In this document: piece after piece, positions 47,901 to 60,600 of the stretch | How the letters are laid out: the number at the start of each line of letters is the position of its first letter | How positions within the stretch are numbered: position 1 is the stretch's first letter | Assembly: GCA_951406725.2 (NCBI GenBank) | Contig: OX597819.1 | Span: 114,328,001 to 114,392,000, forward strand | Reading direction: 5' to 3' | DNA from: Octopus vulgaris | Taxonomy: Eukaryota | DNA length: 64,000 nt | Notes under the pieces: generated by a model | Seen by the model: only the letters and a program-made list of their open reading frames with translations | Told to the model about the DNA's origin: nothing | The model's database searches: none | Position numbers and translations under genes: made by a program

Positions 47901-50900
47901 CAGCTTGTCTGCCACTTTTTGCACCTGTCACCTAGCTGTTACTGGCTCTTCACAAATTGTCTGCATTTTGCAGTGCGCCACTACTAGGCAATGGCATTAG
48001 CAGACAGGATTTCTGATGGACTGTGCAGAAGAAATCAAAACCATCAGTGGTCAAGTTTCAATGGGAAAGTGGAAAGAATAAAGAAAGTGTGAAGGGGGCT
48101 AAAAGAAAGAGTAAAAGGATCGTACAGAATTTAGATATATATATTTATATATATATACTTACCCACAGGTGACCAAATGTGTATGCATGCCACTATATGT
48201 ATATATAAAAAAACAAAACAAAAAATGGAACAAGAACGTAACAAGTGACAACAAAACATCTGGACAGTTAGACGTTACAAAAAAGGACAGGTGAAAAAAC
48301 AAGGATGGGTCATTCAGAGCTTTCAATCATCAGCCAAGTTCCAGATCATCGTTACAGTTTTGGCTGGTTACATTTGAGACTGCTCCAATCTGACCGGCCC
48401 CAAAAAAATCTAAGCTAAGAGCACTAGATTCTTTGGAAGAAAGCAAGCGAATGTATACGAAAACAAGGATGCCAAAAATGGTACACAACTACATGCCGAA
48501 AAGTTCCTGGCTTTGAGTAAAAGAATATACAAGAGGGTCAGTTAATTATGATTTTACTCAAGAGATAGAAAGCGAGTGAGAGACACATAGATAGGTAATG
48601 TCTAAATTACGTAGAAATAAAAATACATACGTTTGCAACCTGACTTTACAGTAAACATCTCCTTCTAGCAACATTAGGTGACGTCCCTGCACTACTGTGC
48701 CACTTACACTGTAGTACTTGTCTGCAGATAATATACTGCCATCTGAAATAAATAACAATAAGAATTGAGGACAATGAAAGCATATAGGCAGGCACACACA
48801 TTCTGTTTCCATAAGCAAGGACATGCCACCTGGGTAGGCAGTGCCTACCCTGAATAAAATAGATCGATAGTAACATTTTCCTTTTATGGCAAAATATGCA
48901 CCTAAGTCAATAAAATTATGAAGGTTACTCTGATTACTATGCATAAAATACAAAATATTTTATTTTTTTGTAGATTAGGCAGGCATAATTTGCCCCTAAC
49001 TGTCAATCTCAGTATTAAAGCTATGCGTAGAACCGCTGTAGTACACATGCTGCGTACATTCCTACAACAACATTTTCTTTATGCGCTATGAAGGCAGAAG
49101 TAAATCTGCCTACAACTCAGTCGTGCGCCTGTGTTTCACTTATTTTTTGTATGTTTTACTACATAAACGTCACCAACTGCCTACCCTGTACTGACGGCAC
49201 ATGCCAGGTTGACACCTGCTAGGAAGTTTCAGTTATGTAACCATCTACAGACTGTCTGATCAAAGCTATGCTATATAGCTGAAACATGTAAGTAACTTGC
49301 TCAAATAATGTTAATATGTTACTCTACTGAAAGGCATAGATTAATCATTAAATTAATGTTTGACAAATATATGTATGTGTGTGTGTATGTGTGCATATAT
49401 GAACGTGTGTGTGATATACCCCGTTCATTGTTTTAAAGTTTACATTTACAAGCCAATATGAGTTCATTTCTTATAATCTCCCTGATGTATCCAAATGAAG
49501 CATGTTCAAAAATCATGATCTTAAATATATCTATTTTAATATATCTTGGTTGTTGATTTGCAGATATAACATTCTTTGTTAGCATGGAAAACGGATGCTA
49601 AACGATGATGATGATGATGATGATGATATATATATATATAGAATCCAGGTATTTACATATTAATTTTGCATGGAATACATCATTTTTGAAATAAACAAGT
49701 TATGTCAAACTTAATGACAACATACTTTGTTTTATATATATATATATGCTGGATGTGCATTGTCAGTGTGCATGTATGGCAAGGTGTAAATGTTTTGAGA
49801 AAAAACTGAGTATAAGAGGTCTCAGTTGTAGAGTGCAAGAGAGAAGACTGCACTGGTATGGGTCATGTGATGCATATGGATGAGGACAGCTGCATAAAGA
49901 AATGCCAAACTCTGAATGTAGATGGAATCTGTAAAAGAGGAATTCCCAGGATGAAGTGGTGAGAAATGATATTTAGGTGCCAAATTGCACAGAGGACATG
50001 ACAGAGGAATGAGACAATTGGTAATTTTCTGTGCTTGAGAAGACCCACTCACTTAAGTAAAATCCAGGTCATGAGGATGTGTCCCTTATGTCCATGGTCC
50101 CTTCCCTCTGTTCTCCGTCATGGACCTCCCTACACAAAATACATTTCTGCTGAATCACTTTCTCACAATATAGCCTTCTAATACCCCTTCCCTCTACCCG
50201 GGCCCACTCATGACATTCCTCACTCTCCATCAGCTCCTGCTCTCCTTTCATAAGCTTATGAACTGACCCACCCACTCACCTTCCCCAGTGTCTGATCCAC
50301 TTCACTTTATACACCTATAATCGCCCTGTTACATCTTCACCTTCTCCCTTTTTCTACTTGAGGTAGCTATGTTTCTCATGTAATGCCAGACATTTTTTTT
50401 GTCTCTCAATACTTCTCCCCACCAAATGAGGGGTCTGACTTGCAAGTTACTTGGTGACCTCACTGCTGCTGATGCCACATAAAAAGTACCCAGTACACTC
50501 TGCAAAATGGTTGGCATTAGGAAAGGGTATCCAACCACAGAAACCAAGCCAAAGCTGACAATAGAGCTTGGCGTAGTCTTCTGAGTAGTCACTTCCTGTC
50601 AATGCATCCAACCCATGCCAGCATGGAAAACAGACATTAAATGAGGATGATGATGATAATATCCATCCATCCATCCATCTACCTATAGTCCCTCTGCCCT
50701 CTTCAACTCCTCCCCTACCACATAATTGCTGTCCGGTTCAGGCACTGTTGTCCTTTTTCGGCCGGCCACCTTTGAGATCAGTTGTGTCTATTCTGTTCTG
50801 TCTTGCCGCCTGGTCTGTTAAAATTTTTCCATTTCCATTTTCCTTGTGCTACACTCGTCTGATAGTCGAAAGACCCTTTCTGTTGTTTACTTATATGTTT

Positions 50901-53492
50901 TCGTATATGTACATTCGTTTGCCTTGCTCAGAGGCTTAATGCTTTTAGCTTAAGTCCCTGGCCCAGTTGGTTTTGAGCAGTATTGGAGATATGTGGGTGA
51001 AACTATATGGACATTCTGGACTCCAACTGAAGAGGCAATTGGCTGTGAATGATCCTTGTATCTCGTTTTGTCCTGCTACCATCCTTTTTTGCACATGATG
51101 TGTTTTGATGGTTTCCATTTGTTGTATATTTTCTGTTCTACCTTTGATATATATATATATATATATATATGGTGACAGGAAGGGTGGCTGGCTGTAGAAA
51201 ATCTGCCTCAATAAACTCTGTCCAATCCATGCAAGCATGGAAAAGTAGAAGAGAAAATAATGATGATGATATAAGCTTCAGACATGGCTATGTGAAAAAG
51301 TTGAAGAGGTATGTGGCATCAGAATGAGACAGTACCTTTGGCTATTCCTACTTCAGAACAGCTCATCTGCCACTGGCTCCATCTGGTAACAACCTCTCAC
51401 CTGCAGTACCATCTCCTGCGCAACTGCATTAGCATGCTGGCTAAACAGAGTTGAGTGTAGCTACTGAGTTTCAAACGCTCAGTGAAATTCCTTAAGGGCT
51501 TGTTACCCTATACACGCAAAGATTACATTCTTGATGGACTGCAGTTAATAGTCCAAAAAATTACAACCTTACAAAAGTCTGTAACGCACTTTTTTAAAAA
51601 TCAGTACCCCTTTTCCTGGTTCAAGATTATCTTATCCAACAACACCCTTGTTTATTTGATATGAAGTATTTTCTGCTTTGGTTAAAGAAATATTATTTGA
51701 GGAAGTAATGAAGGTGATGGTTAAAGCAGGTATCTAGTTATAATTGTTATTTTGTCTAAACTGTGATAATGATGTTTAACATATACTAGAAGATGAAACT
51801 GACAAGAAGAGAGACAAAATATGATTCGAAAAAAGTGTAGCTGTAGAGTTTGTCTATGGGATAAAGTGGCAACTAATAGCTCATGAAGAGGAAGTGTGTA
51901 GTTGAGATGGTGCATATTTGCAGGATACTAGGGCGTACAAGGTGGGTATTTGAAATGTTTTCAAAACAAAAGGATACAATGTGCTTAGCAAAAAAGCTCT
52001 AGATATGGGTGGAACACATAATGTGTTTTATCTTAAGAATTCTGTGCGACTCTGTTCCAAAAGGTTTGGGAACATCAGATACAACATGCTTGGTATCAAC
52101 AGGATGTCAAATGGAACAGAGATTATGAGTGATGCTAAAGACTATTTGGGGAATGGAGGATCTCCACTGAAAAAAGAAAAGTAGCTGATGGTGTTGGAGT
52201 TGTTTTGCCTATTAATGATTGTCTAAAAAAAATGATTGAACATGAAAAAATAAAGTGTTAGTAAAATGATTATGTTGGTTAGAGCAGGTGCTAGACAGAG
52301 GTAACTGTAAAACTATGTACTACAGTGTTTGTTCTATAGTCCTAACTGAAAATACATACCTCGGAATGACCGTCTCCATATGCTGGGTTTTCCCAGACAT
52401 CCTTCAGATAAAGAGATGTAGATGATTTACTAACAGGTAACTGAAGAGTAACTGATTTAACTAAGAGACCGAAGATTGTAAGGGAATGAATTATTGATAG
52501 TATCTATGACTTCATATATTTTCATTGAATTTAATTTCCAAGCATTAAAAAAAAATATGCATAGCCTCTAAAGATAACCAAACAAATTTGAAAGTATCAG
52601 AAATATAGTCATAAGAGTGTTAAGGTGGCAGGGTGTTATTGGGAATGAAGGAGATTTAGCAGCCATTTCTAGAAAATTCTTCATTAGCTCAAATTGGTAT
52701 TAGTAATAAGGAAGGAAAATCATAATATAAAGATATTAGAGATAGCCTGTAACAAAAAGGGGAAAAACACAATGTAGAAAACAACTATTCAGTTTTTTAT
52801 GTACAGCTATTCATCAGTGAAATACCACACTTTTAACACTAACATTAAAATCCTAGAGTAGATATATTAAAATAATATATAATGAAATAATAATACTCTA
52901 CATAAAAGTATTGAGTAATCCTATAGTGATAGAAAATAGGGTTTGAAAAAATCCAAGTGAATACCTCAAGCAGCCCTCCATACAAAAAAGACCTGGCTAA
53001 CAGAATGTCAAGTAAGGAAGATGGGAATCTCAAACTGTAAATCCAAAGAGATTCATCAACTTTAAGATCTGATAAGAATGCTGAGGGCCAACTATTTAAT
53101 TAATTAATTAATTAATATTATGCAACAAAATTCTTTTCAGTTCTCTCTCTCTATATATAAAGCAAATAAGTAACAAGGATGTCAAGATTATAGTGCATTA
53201 TAACCATTTCAGGTGGCTCCATTTAATTGAACAATGCAAGCACTAAATCAATTTGAAATACACCACCATCTTCAGATGCATGTATCCGAAGATGGTGATG
53301 TATTTCAAATTGATATAATGCTTGCATTGTTCGATTAAATGGAGCCACCTGAAACGGCTGTAGTGCACTATAATCTTGACATCCTTGTTACTTATTTGCT
53401 TTATATTCACCTTACTTCAAGCTGGGCAGATAACACCGGACTGACTTGGTGCCTCAACTTAAGTACCTAATTCAACTGAATTGTAATTATTT

Positions 53493-53531
<39 letters not shown>

Positions 53532-54578
53532 CACAAAGTAAGACAGGGGTTATGAATGTAACCCACTATGGGATATCAATTATCCAATATACTGTTGGTA
53601 AAGTACCCAAATTCTTAATCCACAAATGTTTTTAATTGCAATGCAATTAATTCATTTATTGTATTAAATGGGTGAAAGTAAAAAAATATTTTTACTGTAA
53701 ATTTATAATACAAATAAGAAAATGGGGAAACAAATTCAGCTTGTTCATCAACTTACGGATATTACAATGTTACATTATTTATTCATTTTACAAATGAGAA
53801 CATCAAAAGCAAACATCATATATATATATATGCATGTGTGTTTGTATGAGTAATAGAGACATCACATACCAAGTGAGCTGCCATCTTCAGGTGGGTAGCA
53901 AGCAGGTCCAATAGAGTTAATTCTAAATCAAAGGAAATATAATATATCAATATATGTTGTATTGGTCGCAATATGAAACAGATAACAAAAAAATTATACA
54001 CAAAGAGAACCATGAAATAATATCAAGTGAATATAACTGATTGATGTTGAAACAATAAGGATCAAAAATAACATATTTTTGAAATATGAATGAAGCTATC
54101 AATCTGTCACAGCCAATTAGATATGAAAGTGAAGTTACAGTATGAATTTTGTGATGGTTTCATGTGACAGGCAAATAAACAGAGTTTGCATTGGTCTAGA
54201 ATAGGGGTTGGCAAAGAGGTGGGCCATAGCCCACAAGTGAACCATTGTGATGTACTCTGTGGACATTGGGCCTTTTGCAAACATTGTTCAAAATTTAATG
54301 TATTTGTGAACCGGTGAGCAGTTGATAGCATTTTTTGATGGTCTTCTGCATTGTGATTAGTTTAATTTTTATTTACATAAGAAGCATTGCTATTGATGAA
54401 ATGAGGGCTACACAGAGATTTTTTTATATTCAAGATATGATATAATTTGCATGTAGTTCATGGAAGAATGTTAAAAACAAAATTAAAACTGAGCCATAAC
54501 AAAAAAAGTGGCCGACACCTGATCTAGAGACAAGAGGCTTGTTGAAGAGAAATGCAGACTGAAAGCTAGAAACACACA

Positions 54579-54630
<52 letters not shown>

Positions 54631-57600
54631 TCATGTGCACACACACAAGTATATGGAAAAAGAAAAAGAGAAAATGGGAGTTAGCTAGAAAAGAGTACCA
54701 ACCAATGAGTTATAAAAGCCCTTACTCCTCCAAAACAAGTAGTTAGTATTGAGTTAAAAGAGTAACTCAAACACAGAGAGAAAGAGAGACAGAAATGTAA
54801 GACTGGAAAGGAATTCAGCTTCTCAGTACCTTATTATTTTTTTATGGTACAATGGAAATGCACCTCACTGTGTTACATCCACTCCACAGCCTCATTTAAA
54901 CTCATAATGTACTGTAATGTGCTGATAATAAACAGCTTAGTTAGTGACTGCATGGCAGATGCAATAACAAAATAGCAAGGAAAATGCTTTAGCCATAATG
55001 GGAGGTTTAACTGGACACAGGAATATCTAGGTCACTCATCAAGAAGATGAGTGTAGGTAGATCCTTGTAGAACATCATATTATACAAAACGGGTGTTTGA
55101 AATAGAACCTTAAATAGAAATGTATATAGTGTATTCAGCAAAGATGCTCCCTAAATTCAAGGGATTATATGTGGTGTAACCCAGGGGAAATATAAGGAAG
55201 ATTTTATGATATACCATTCCAAGTAGTTTTGGTGACATCAAATACAACAACAATAGTGGTTATAAAAATAACAATAACAAAAGCAATGACAGCTGTATGA
55301 TCTATAGTCTATACCTTGAGTCACAAAAGTCTTTTTGGTTCTGGTACACAGTAAGATGAACATATGGTAAATTCAAACATAAACACTATAATATTCATAT
55401 TTTAATGAAGCAGAAGTATATTTGTAGATAATACACAAAATGTCGATTAAATGTTGTTGTTTGAACCCAGATAATCCCAAATCAAATAGATCTATGATCA
55501 AAGGTGTTCCAGTAGTGGCTCTCTTGTCTTTTCATATATGAAAGACCATGCTGTCTATTGTACTCTGCTTTATTTAAGATGGTAAGGCATGATTTGTGGG
55601 AAATTGGTTGCTATTTTTAGCGAGTTTAGCAACCATTTAGAGATTTCTTGTTCGCAGAGTAACAGCATACCATTGACATATGCTGAGTGTTCTGCTTGCC
55701 TTGACAAGGAAACACTAATTGTAAATAAATGTTACCATCATACAAGCTATGTCATTCATTTACAATCCTCTGTGAAATCCAGTCCAACCACTCTGCTGCC
55801 CATGGTTGAAGGACTAGTGAAAATATTATCTAACATGAAAACAAGAGAAGATTGATGACAGGAAAAAACAAATCAGGCTATGCAAAATCTGCCTTAATGA
55901 ATTTCATTTGACTTCTTGCAAGAATGGGAAAGTAGATGCTGCTGATATATGTGAGTGTGTGTGTGTCCACATTTGGATGTACAAATGTGTGAAAGAGAAC
56001 TGAATACATGTAATATAATTTATCCATTCATTCAAAAATGCTGATTCACATTAGTTATCCTGTTACCATTGTTGTTTCAGTGTTTATTTTCCCATTCACT
56101 AATCAATTTGACAAAAAAAAAAAATAAATAGATAAATAAATAAAAAATAAAAAAGGAAATATATGGTAACAACTAAAAATAAAATGGGAGAAAAACAGCA
56201 AGAGAGTTACTGTCATATATGTTATACATAAAACAAGCAATAATTTGGAAGGGACAAAATTTCATAGTATTTAAAAAATATATTTTCAGACGCTAAATGA
56301 TGATGCTGATGAGGTTTTTTTTTTATTTGACAACTGGTATACTTGGCTCCTTGAAATTTAATAATCCATTTATGCAATTAGTTTTGTGGATGGTGGATGT
56401 TAACTGTTCATTAGAAGCAGTAAGAACAGGAAAGAATGTTTCAGATTAGTAAGCAAGCAGGCATAGAGTAAGACACATTTAGTAAAATTATCTTAATCAA
56501 TCACCAGGTAAATAAAGTTAACATTTTCATGAATCACAATAGTCAATTAGACCAGTGCTTAATTCTACTTGCTAAAGCATGAAGTGGATGATAGATAGAT
56601 CTATCTCCTCTTGGTTAGAATGCTAACCTTTCTTGTATTACTCTAAAAAAAACTCAGTACCTATTTCTGATAACTTAGTAAATGAGATTATGTATATTTA
56701 AGTGTCTTGCTCAGAGACATAATGTGATGTCTGCAATGGGAAATGAACTAATGCCTATTTAACCCTTTTGATACCAACCCGCCTGAAACCGCCTCTGGCT
56801 CTGTAGTACAGATGTCTTGTTTTCATAAGTATTGAATTAAAATCTTCCACCAAACCTTAGTGACAATCTATGTTCCTAAAACTAGCTTAATGATAACTAA
56901 GTTCTTTTACTAAAGTCTTTGTTATATTTAAAATTAATTGAAAGAAACACAGAGCATCTCAAAATAAATACAGTAATGAAAGGGTTAACTAGCTGGTCTT
57001 TATTTTGTTTTCCCAAAAGTAATGGTGGAGTGGCTGAGTAGCTAAGACTGATGAAACTATCAGCTAATAGATTATGAGTCAAAATTTGTATCTCAAAACA
57101 AAGCAACTACTTTACGGCAGCTCAGTTTAGTTCATTGTCAAAGATAAGTACAACAAGGAAAGTTAACATGTGACAGACTAGAGTTCTGCCCTGATGAAGG
57201 TCGCTCACTCATCCATAAGAATCAAGATTTAAGTACTGGTCAAATAGACACATGATTTCTTGAAAGGATTAACTGTTTTAGTAAATATTATGTCTAGTTC
57301 ATGTCTAACTTTATCTCAAACTGTTCTGCTTACATTTTATAAACAAACCAGTCTTTAAATTGCACTCTATGAGACAACTTGATTAGGATAAACAAGTCAA
57401 AGAAAAGAAATGACAATAACAACAAATTTTACATATTAGAAACTAAAAAGAACAACAAACAGAACAATGCCACATGGTCTGTACTAATAACAACACTGTC
57501 AAACATATTTCTATTTCATATTTACTTGTTAAGGAGTGAACTCATACATATGTTATAGTTTCTCATTTAGGAAGATCTTTATTGCAACAATGCTATATAG

Positions 57601-60600
57601 ATTTTCCTAGATAAATAATATCATATAAACATATCGACATTACCACATGGTACTTCCACAACAATATTGTAGTCATAGCAACAATACAACAGAGAGTCAA
57701 CTAAATAATATTAATCATGTCAACCACTTGGCATGTCACTCTTCTGTAACATGCTTTGGTGTTTTCTGACAAACTACAAAATAAGATTTTGCGGAGATTG
57801 GGAAGAAAGTTACTGAATTATGCCCATTATATACCAGATACTTATTTTATTGATCTAGGATGAATGGAAGACATAGGCAACACAGCGAATGTACTATAAT
57901 GCATTGAACTCAGAATGTACTATAATGCATTTAGCTTACAATTTTAGCCATCATACCACCTTAACAATATGCAATATTGTTTTTTCTTTTTATAATTCAA
58001 TTTTAAATCCTAAGTGTAGATAAAATCGATATTAGTTATCATTGATCCAAATCCCTCTTTACTTTAGACAGTATACCTTAAACTATATTATCCAAAGTCC
58101 GTCTGTAGTGACACAGTATTCCCTTGCAAAATATTTGCCATTAAAATGCTAAGTGCTATTTGAAAGAGATTTACTAAACTGCCACATTCCTTTTTGAAAA
58201 TTTGTTTACCATTATAAACTTCAGTGAAACAAAGAAAAAGAATAATAAATTAAATTGACTTCAGTATAGAACTGGTACCTATTTAATCAACCATAGAAGG
58301 ATGGAAAGGAATTCAACACTTGTAGGATTTTAACTTAATAAATTATGTGGTCATAATAACTAAACAAGATTCTTCCTAGATTATTTACCATTGACGGATA
58401 TTTGTCCTCATCTTGTTTATTGTTAACACAACATTTCAGCTGATATACCCTCCAACCTTCATCAGGTGTCTTGGGGAAATTTCGAACCTGGGTTCTCATT
58501 CCTAAGGAATTTTTTGATGTTGTTGTTGTTGTTGTTATTATTATTATTCAGGTCACTGCTTGGAATCGAACTCGGAATCTTGGGGTTAGTAGCCTGTGCT
58601 CTTAACCACTATGCCATATGCCCACTGGCACAACAACAACGCCTCTGCCGCTGCCGACAACAACAACAACAACCACCACCACCTCCTCAAAAAATTCCTT
58701 AGGAAGGAGAATCTAGGTTTGAAATGTCCCCAAGACACCTGACGAAGGCTGGAGGATATATCAGCTGAAACGTGTTAACAATATACAAGATGAGGACAAA
58801 TATCCATCAAATGTAAATAATGTAAATAGTGTACATAATTCCTCATCTCTTAAATATAGAACAAGATTCTTCCTTACACAATACATGCACACACACACAC
58901 AAACACACAATATATATTGCTTAACAAAAAAATCATCCAGGATTATTAGATCAATGTACCTAAATAACCTCTTTCTAGATCAGGGGTTTCCAAAGTGGTC
59001 GATATCGATGTCTAGGATGGGAGGGTAATTGTTGATGGGACTATTCATCTGCTTAATTATTATTTATTTATTTTCTTGCACATGCCTGGGGGTTGATGAG
59101 GGGCCAATAGTCTAAAACGTTTAGGGACCCCAATTCTAGATAAAGAGTTCCACAGCTAGCTAGAATTCAGTGTTATAAGTAATAGAAACATTCTATAACT
59201 GGATGCTAGTTTCATGAGCTTGCAGTGAGTTGGCCACTGGGATGTGTAACAATGACAGCTATATGAGCCAGTCTATATAAACACTCATAAGGAACAGCAA
59301 AAATAAAAACAATGATATAAATATTGAAGCTTAGGAGTGGCTTGGGACTAAAATTTAGGCAAAAGGGTTTACTCTGTTTAACAGTTTGACTGGCAGTCAT
59401 TTTATCACATCCAGAGAGTTTCTAGGAGGGAGCAAAAAAAAAAAAAAAGAAGATAACACAAACTTAAGTGAAACAACAACATATCTAACTATGTAAAAAC
59501 TGAAGACTAGAACATGTGTTCTGATTTAAAGGGTACTATACATCAAAGTGGCATCAACTAATTCTTATTCAAGTAAAATAGATATATTTGGTAAATAGCA
59601 CAAAATAAGGATAAATTTTAAAATTCATATATTTAATAAGAGAGCTCATAGGCTGAATTATATTCACAATGCATGAGATATCTATGATCTGTTGAATATT
59701 TCTAATGAATCACAACTTTTTATGAATGAATGACACCTTTTTATGAATGAATCATATTTTTAAAAACAAATTGTACATTTTTATGAATGAATCTCATTAT
59801 TATAATGAATCATAAATTTTAATGATGGTGATCACCATAAAAGTGCATGACTCGGTCATAATTTTTAAGACTGAATTATTATTAATCGCATTTTTATGAC
59901 GAATCACTGATTTATCTGATGAATTATGTTTTAATGATAAAATACACATTTTTATGATACATCATATATTTCTTTGATACAGTGCATATTTTAAGAGGCA
60001 TCAAATATCTGTGATGAATCATATATTTAGAGTACAAGTAAAACCCCATATAATCTATGTTGTTTTGGTCAAAAAAATACAGCTGATTATCATATGGGAA
60101 TAATATAGAACTTTTAAAAAAATTAAAAAACAACAAAAGAAACAAGGAACTAAATTTGACATAATTTCACAAAAACTATAGACACTTCACTAAAGGAAGA
60201 AAAATATCCCAGAGCCATAATTTACGACAAGTGTATTAGAAATTTCTTTTGACTAGGCTGTAGATATATTTTATAGAGAGTGTGAAGAAATAAGATTATC
60301 TCAACTAACTGAAATCAAAGAATAATGATGAATAAATTAGGCCCTGGTGGGACTTGGGTAGAGAATTTTGAGACATTCAACTCACAAAACATCTCATCTA
60401 CTTCCAACTAATTTGCACCATCTTTACCATTACAACAACAACAATTACAAAACTAGGAAAACTGACCACCACTGATGTATCTCAAATATATTAAAAAGAA
60501 CTTTACATGAGTTTATTTAATTATATATGAATAGATTAAACACATGTTTGTGCTATGTCCATGACAAAATTGCTGGCCAGCTCCACAATATTGTTTGTTG

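Noticed and set aside
51371-51440. Possible small minus-strand exon with gtgaga donor
   Set aside because: No acceptor/phase combination fits the exon chain convincingly.
58546-58623. Genuine tRNA gene
   Set aside because: Has A/B boxes but no convincing acceptor stem and is embedded in a repeat; treated as a tRNA-derived SINE head.
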